Shown here piece after piece: positions 61,172 through 64,000 of a stretch of 64,000 bases of DNA. Origin of the DNA: Pristiophorus japonicus. Its lineage: Eukaryota. The position numbers and the translations under genes are program-made. The stretch is taken from contig NC_091993.1 of assembly GCF_044704955.1 (NCBI RefSeq), forward strand, positions 117,180,001-117,244,000. The letters run 5' to 3'. The first letter of the stretch is position 1, and each line of letters begins with the position of its first letter. The notes below the pieces were generated by a model. The model was not told the origin of the DNA and did not search any database. It saw only the letters and a list, made by a program, of their open reading frames with translations.

Positions 61172-61625
61172 GAGTCTTGGCTCAGTGGGTGGCACTCTGA
61201 GTCACAAGCTTGTGGGTTCCAGCCCCAGTCCAGAGACTAGAGCACATAATCCAGACTGACACTCCCAGTACAGTGCAGAGAGAGTGCTGCACTGTCAGTA
61301 GATTTTACACCTCGGTTGAGACATTAAACTGAGGCACTGCCTGCCCTTTCAGGTGGACGTAAATAAATCGCACGCCGCTATTTGGAGAAGAGCCGTAGGT
61401 TCTCCCATTGTCCTGGCCAATGTTTATCCCTAAACCAATTATCCCTAAAAATTCAGATCACCTGGTCATTGATTTCATTGCTCTTGGTGGGAGCTTGCTG
61501 TGTGAAAATTGGCTGCCACATCTCCTACATTACAACAGTGACCACACTTCATAAGTACATCACTGGCTGGGAATCTTTGAGAAGTTTGGAGGTTGTGAAA
61601 GTACTTTGTTTTCTTCTTCTTTCTT
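61172..61625 (+). mobile_element. Old Deu-domain tRNA-SINE
   Basis: TGGCTCAGTGG A-box, core and tail. Confidence 0.75.
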
Positions 61626-61693
61626 TAAGAATATAACGCCAGCCACAGGGGATTACCCGTGAATAGTGTTGCTGAGCAATTTAGACACCTGTT

Positions 61694-62160
61694 CATAGAA
61701 TCATAGACATTACGGCACGGAAGGAGGTCATTTCAGCCCATCGTGTCCGCACCGGCCGACAAAGACCTATCCAGCCTAATCCCACTTTCCAGCTTTTGGT
61801 CCGTAGCCTTGTCGGTTACGGTACTTCAAGTGCACATCCAAGTGCTTTTTAAATGTGGTGAGGGTTTCTGCCTCTACCACCCTTTCAGGCAGTGAGTTCC
61901 AGACCCCCACCACCCTCTGGGTGAAAAAAAATTCTCCTGAAATCCCCTCTAACCTCCTACCAATTACTTTAAATCTATGCCCCCTTGGTTGTTGACCCCT
62001 CTGCTCAGGGAAATAGGCCCTTCCTATCCACTCAATCCATGCCCCTCACAATTTTAGACACCTCAATAAGGTCTCCCCTCAGCCTCCTCTGTTCCAAAGA
62101 AAACAAATCCAGCCTATCCAATCTTTCCTCATAGCTAAAATTCTCCAGTCCAGGCAACTC
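61694..62160 (-). mobile_element. CR1 3' fragment
   Basis: CR1 hairpin tail and RT C-terminus. Confidence 0.85.
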
Positions 62161-62248
62161 TCTTCTGTTGACTCAATGACTTGTAAAATATCCATATATC
62201 CATTATTAAATTATTGTGCCGATTATAATGCGTGTAAAACTATTACAG

Positions 62249-63957
62249 ATTACTTAAAAAAAAGAACAGTACCATCATCAATGTTCTCAGCACCACACTG
62301 AAGTAGCAGATTCGATCAGATGTTTGAACCACCAACCTCCCATGCAGAGATACAACGGAATTCAACAAGAAAACCGGAAGGGATTGAGTCAGGAGGAATT
62401 AATTTTTAATGCAATTGTAGCAGTTGTAGAAAGTTTGTTCCTGTTTCTTCTGGTGGATTTGAAACTGAATGAGTAATGATTACACCACAATGTATATTTA
62501 GTTTGGTGTGACCTGTCTTCTCTGCATTTGCTCTCAAGGTGAAACAGAAAACAAAGGTCACCGACACAATAGCCTAGAAATTCGGGTGTGCTCATTTTTG
62601 GGCATGTGGGGGGTGGCGAGTTAGGGAGGATAGGGTACAGTCCCTGCGCCTCAATGGTATGGCCCGATATTGGGACTCGGGCCTCATTTCCACCAAGCGG
62701 GTGAGCTGCGGAGAGCAGGAGGCTGCTCTCCCGGTGAAGCGTCACTGAAGGTTGAGCTGCTGCGAACCTTGCAGTGACCCTCAGGTAAGTGAGGAAGGGG
62801 AGGGGCATCATTGGGAGGGGGTGAGATTGATGGTCGGGGATTGGGTGTGCTAGCTCGGCGGGGGTGGGTGGGAGTTTCGGTGGCCGTTTGAGGGTTGGGG
62901 GGGGGGGGGTGCTGGTTGCGGTGCGGCCAGGGTTTTAATGTGGGAGCAGGAGGGGGAGTCCTGCTCCTCCTGGCTCCATCTTCAGGTAAAGTCTGGAGTC
63001 CTTCCTGCCGGTTAGCACCACGTTGTATTGTGCGAGCTCAGCACTTGGGGAGTGGAGCCCCAGGGCGTTCGAAAATTGAGAACACGTCCCGCAAGATGCA
63101 CAGGACCCTAATTCAAAGTAAGTTGCTACCACCCTTGAATGTTTCTGATGCGCGCTCCTGACGCCACCTCATCCAATGTGGTTGTTGGAGCACTTGGAAA
63201 TGTGGGCGGGATTCTTGCCCGCCATATTGGAGGCTTAGGAGGCCGTTTTTACACGTTCATTGAGGCATATGCAGATGCCCATGTCTCAGATATGTGGCAT
63301 GCACTTTGCAACTTATACAGGAACTGGAGAGTTTGGGTCCTTGGAGCTTTGCTGCTATTTTACTGGTGTATCCCTGCAGATGACCAACAGTGGTTTTCAC
63401 AAAGTCAGAGCTCGTGTACTGGCCTCTGCTCCTATATACCAGGAAATCCTTTAGCCACTTCATTCATGCTTAAGAGCTTAGAGCGTGGATGAGCCCGAGA
63501 CCCTTGTCCAATAATCAGCATGGCCATCACCATGGATTTGGTAGGAGTGAGACAGATGTGAGGCTGAACCACCCAGGGTCAAAAAGAAATGGATAACTAT
63601 TAACTTAGGACTGCAGCCAGACAGGTATGTTTTATCTCTGATCAGTTACCATACAAATCTTAAATGAGAAATGTTTTAGTGTCACATTTGTCTGAAATTA
63701 TATTTGTATTGACACAGTTATGGTTTATCACTGCATTTTATTTGTGTTTGTAACATTTAGAGTATAACATGAAACACCAGTGAATACATTGATATCACAG
63801 TAAAATATATTATCAGTTTCCATTTTTAATGTGTAAATACTCCAATTGTACATACATTCAAAATGGCTCCGCAGGAATTTAAGACTGAAGGAAGCTACAT
63901 CCACTTGAAAAAATAACTCTCCAACAGCAATGAATAAAGCTGCTTCTCATTAATAAA
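62249..63957 (+). pseudogene. Possible 3' part of a second plus-strand membrane-receptor (pseudo)gene
   Basis: Frameshifted stalk/TM-like segment (IQRNSTRKPE; LIFNAIVAVVESLFLFLLVDLKLN); donor CAG|gtatgt at 63624; acceptor at 63874; NLRLKEATST* followed by AATAAA at 63933 and 63952. Confidence 0.4.
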
Positions 63958-64000
63958 CAATGGGAAGAACTTACATAGAAAGACAAGGAATATACAGCAC

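Noticed and set aside
63139-63492. 117-aa ORF with a hydrophobic patch
   Set aside because: Begins in a GC-rich MITE-like repeat, with no recognisable motif or clean splice context.
1-64000. CRISPR arrays, rRNA, prokaryotic systems
   Set aside because: Eukaryotic TE-rich DNA; the only short periodic repeats are LINE tails and microsatellites.

Overview
Repeat-dense vertebrate genomic DNA, most likely from a shark or other cartilaginous fish. This is inferred from the repeat mix: several CR1 subfamilies, L2, RTE, Deu-domain tRNA-SINEs, Harbinger/MITEs and Mag-type Gypsy. Most of the window is nested transposable elements, and most ORFs in the track are TE fragments or antisense shadows. One host gene can be built by hand on the minus strand (ATG 17947 to stop 4680): a single-IgV CD300/pIgR/MDIR-like type I receptor of about 210 aa, with Arg in the TM segment and almost no cytoplasmic tail. 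Faint remnants of two plus-strand membrane-receptor paralogues lie at about 40.1-48.7 kb and 62.2-63.96 kb. TE highlights: (1) a complete but decayed Gypsy element (173-bp LTRs, ACTAT TSD, tRNA-Ser PBS); (2) an RTE insertion with a 5' inversion; (3) an 11.6-kb Harbinger (TTA TSD) containing a Gypsy fragment and a near full-length CR1. That CR1 has received two diverged Tx1-clade retrotransposons head-to-tail at exactly the same 14-bp site (TTCATGCACAAGGA, present three times). This is the best candidate for an undescribed system: a sequence-specific retrotransposon that targets another LINE. All calls were made by eye, without database searches, and repeat boundaries are approximate unless TSDs are given.
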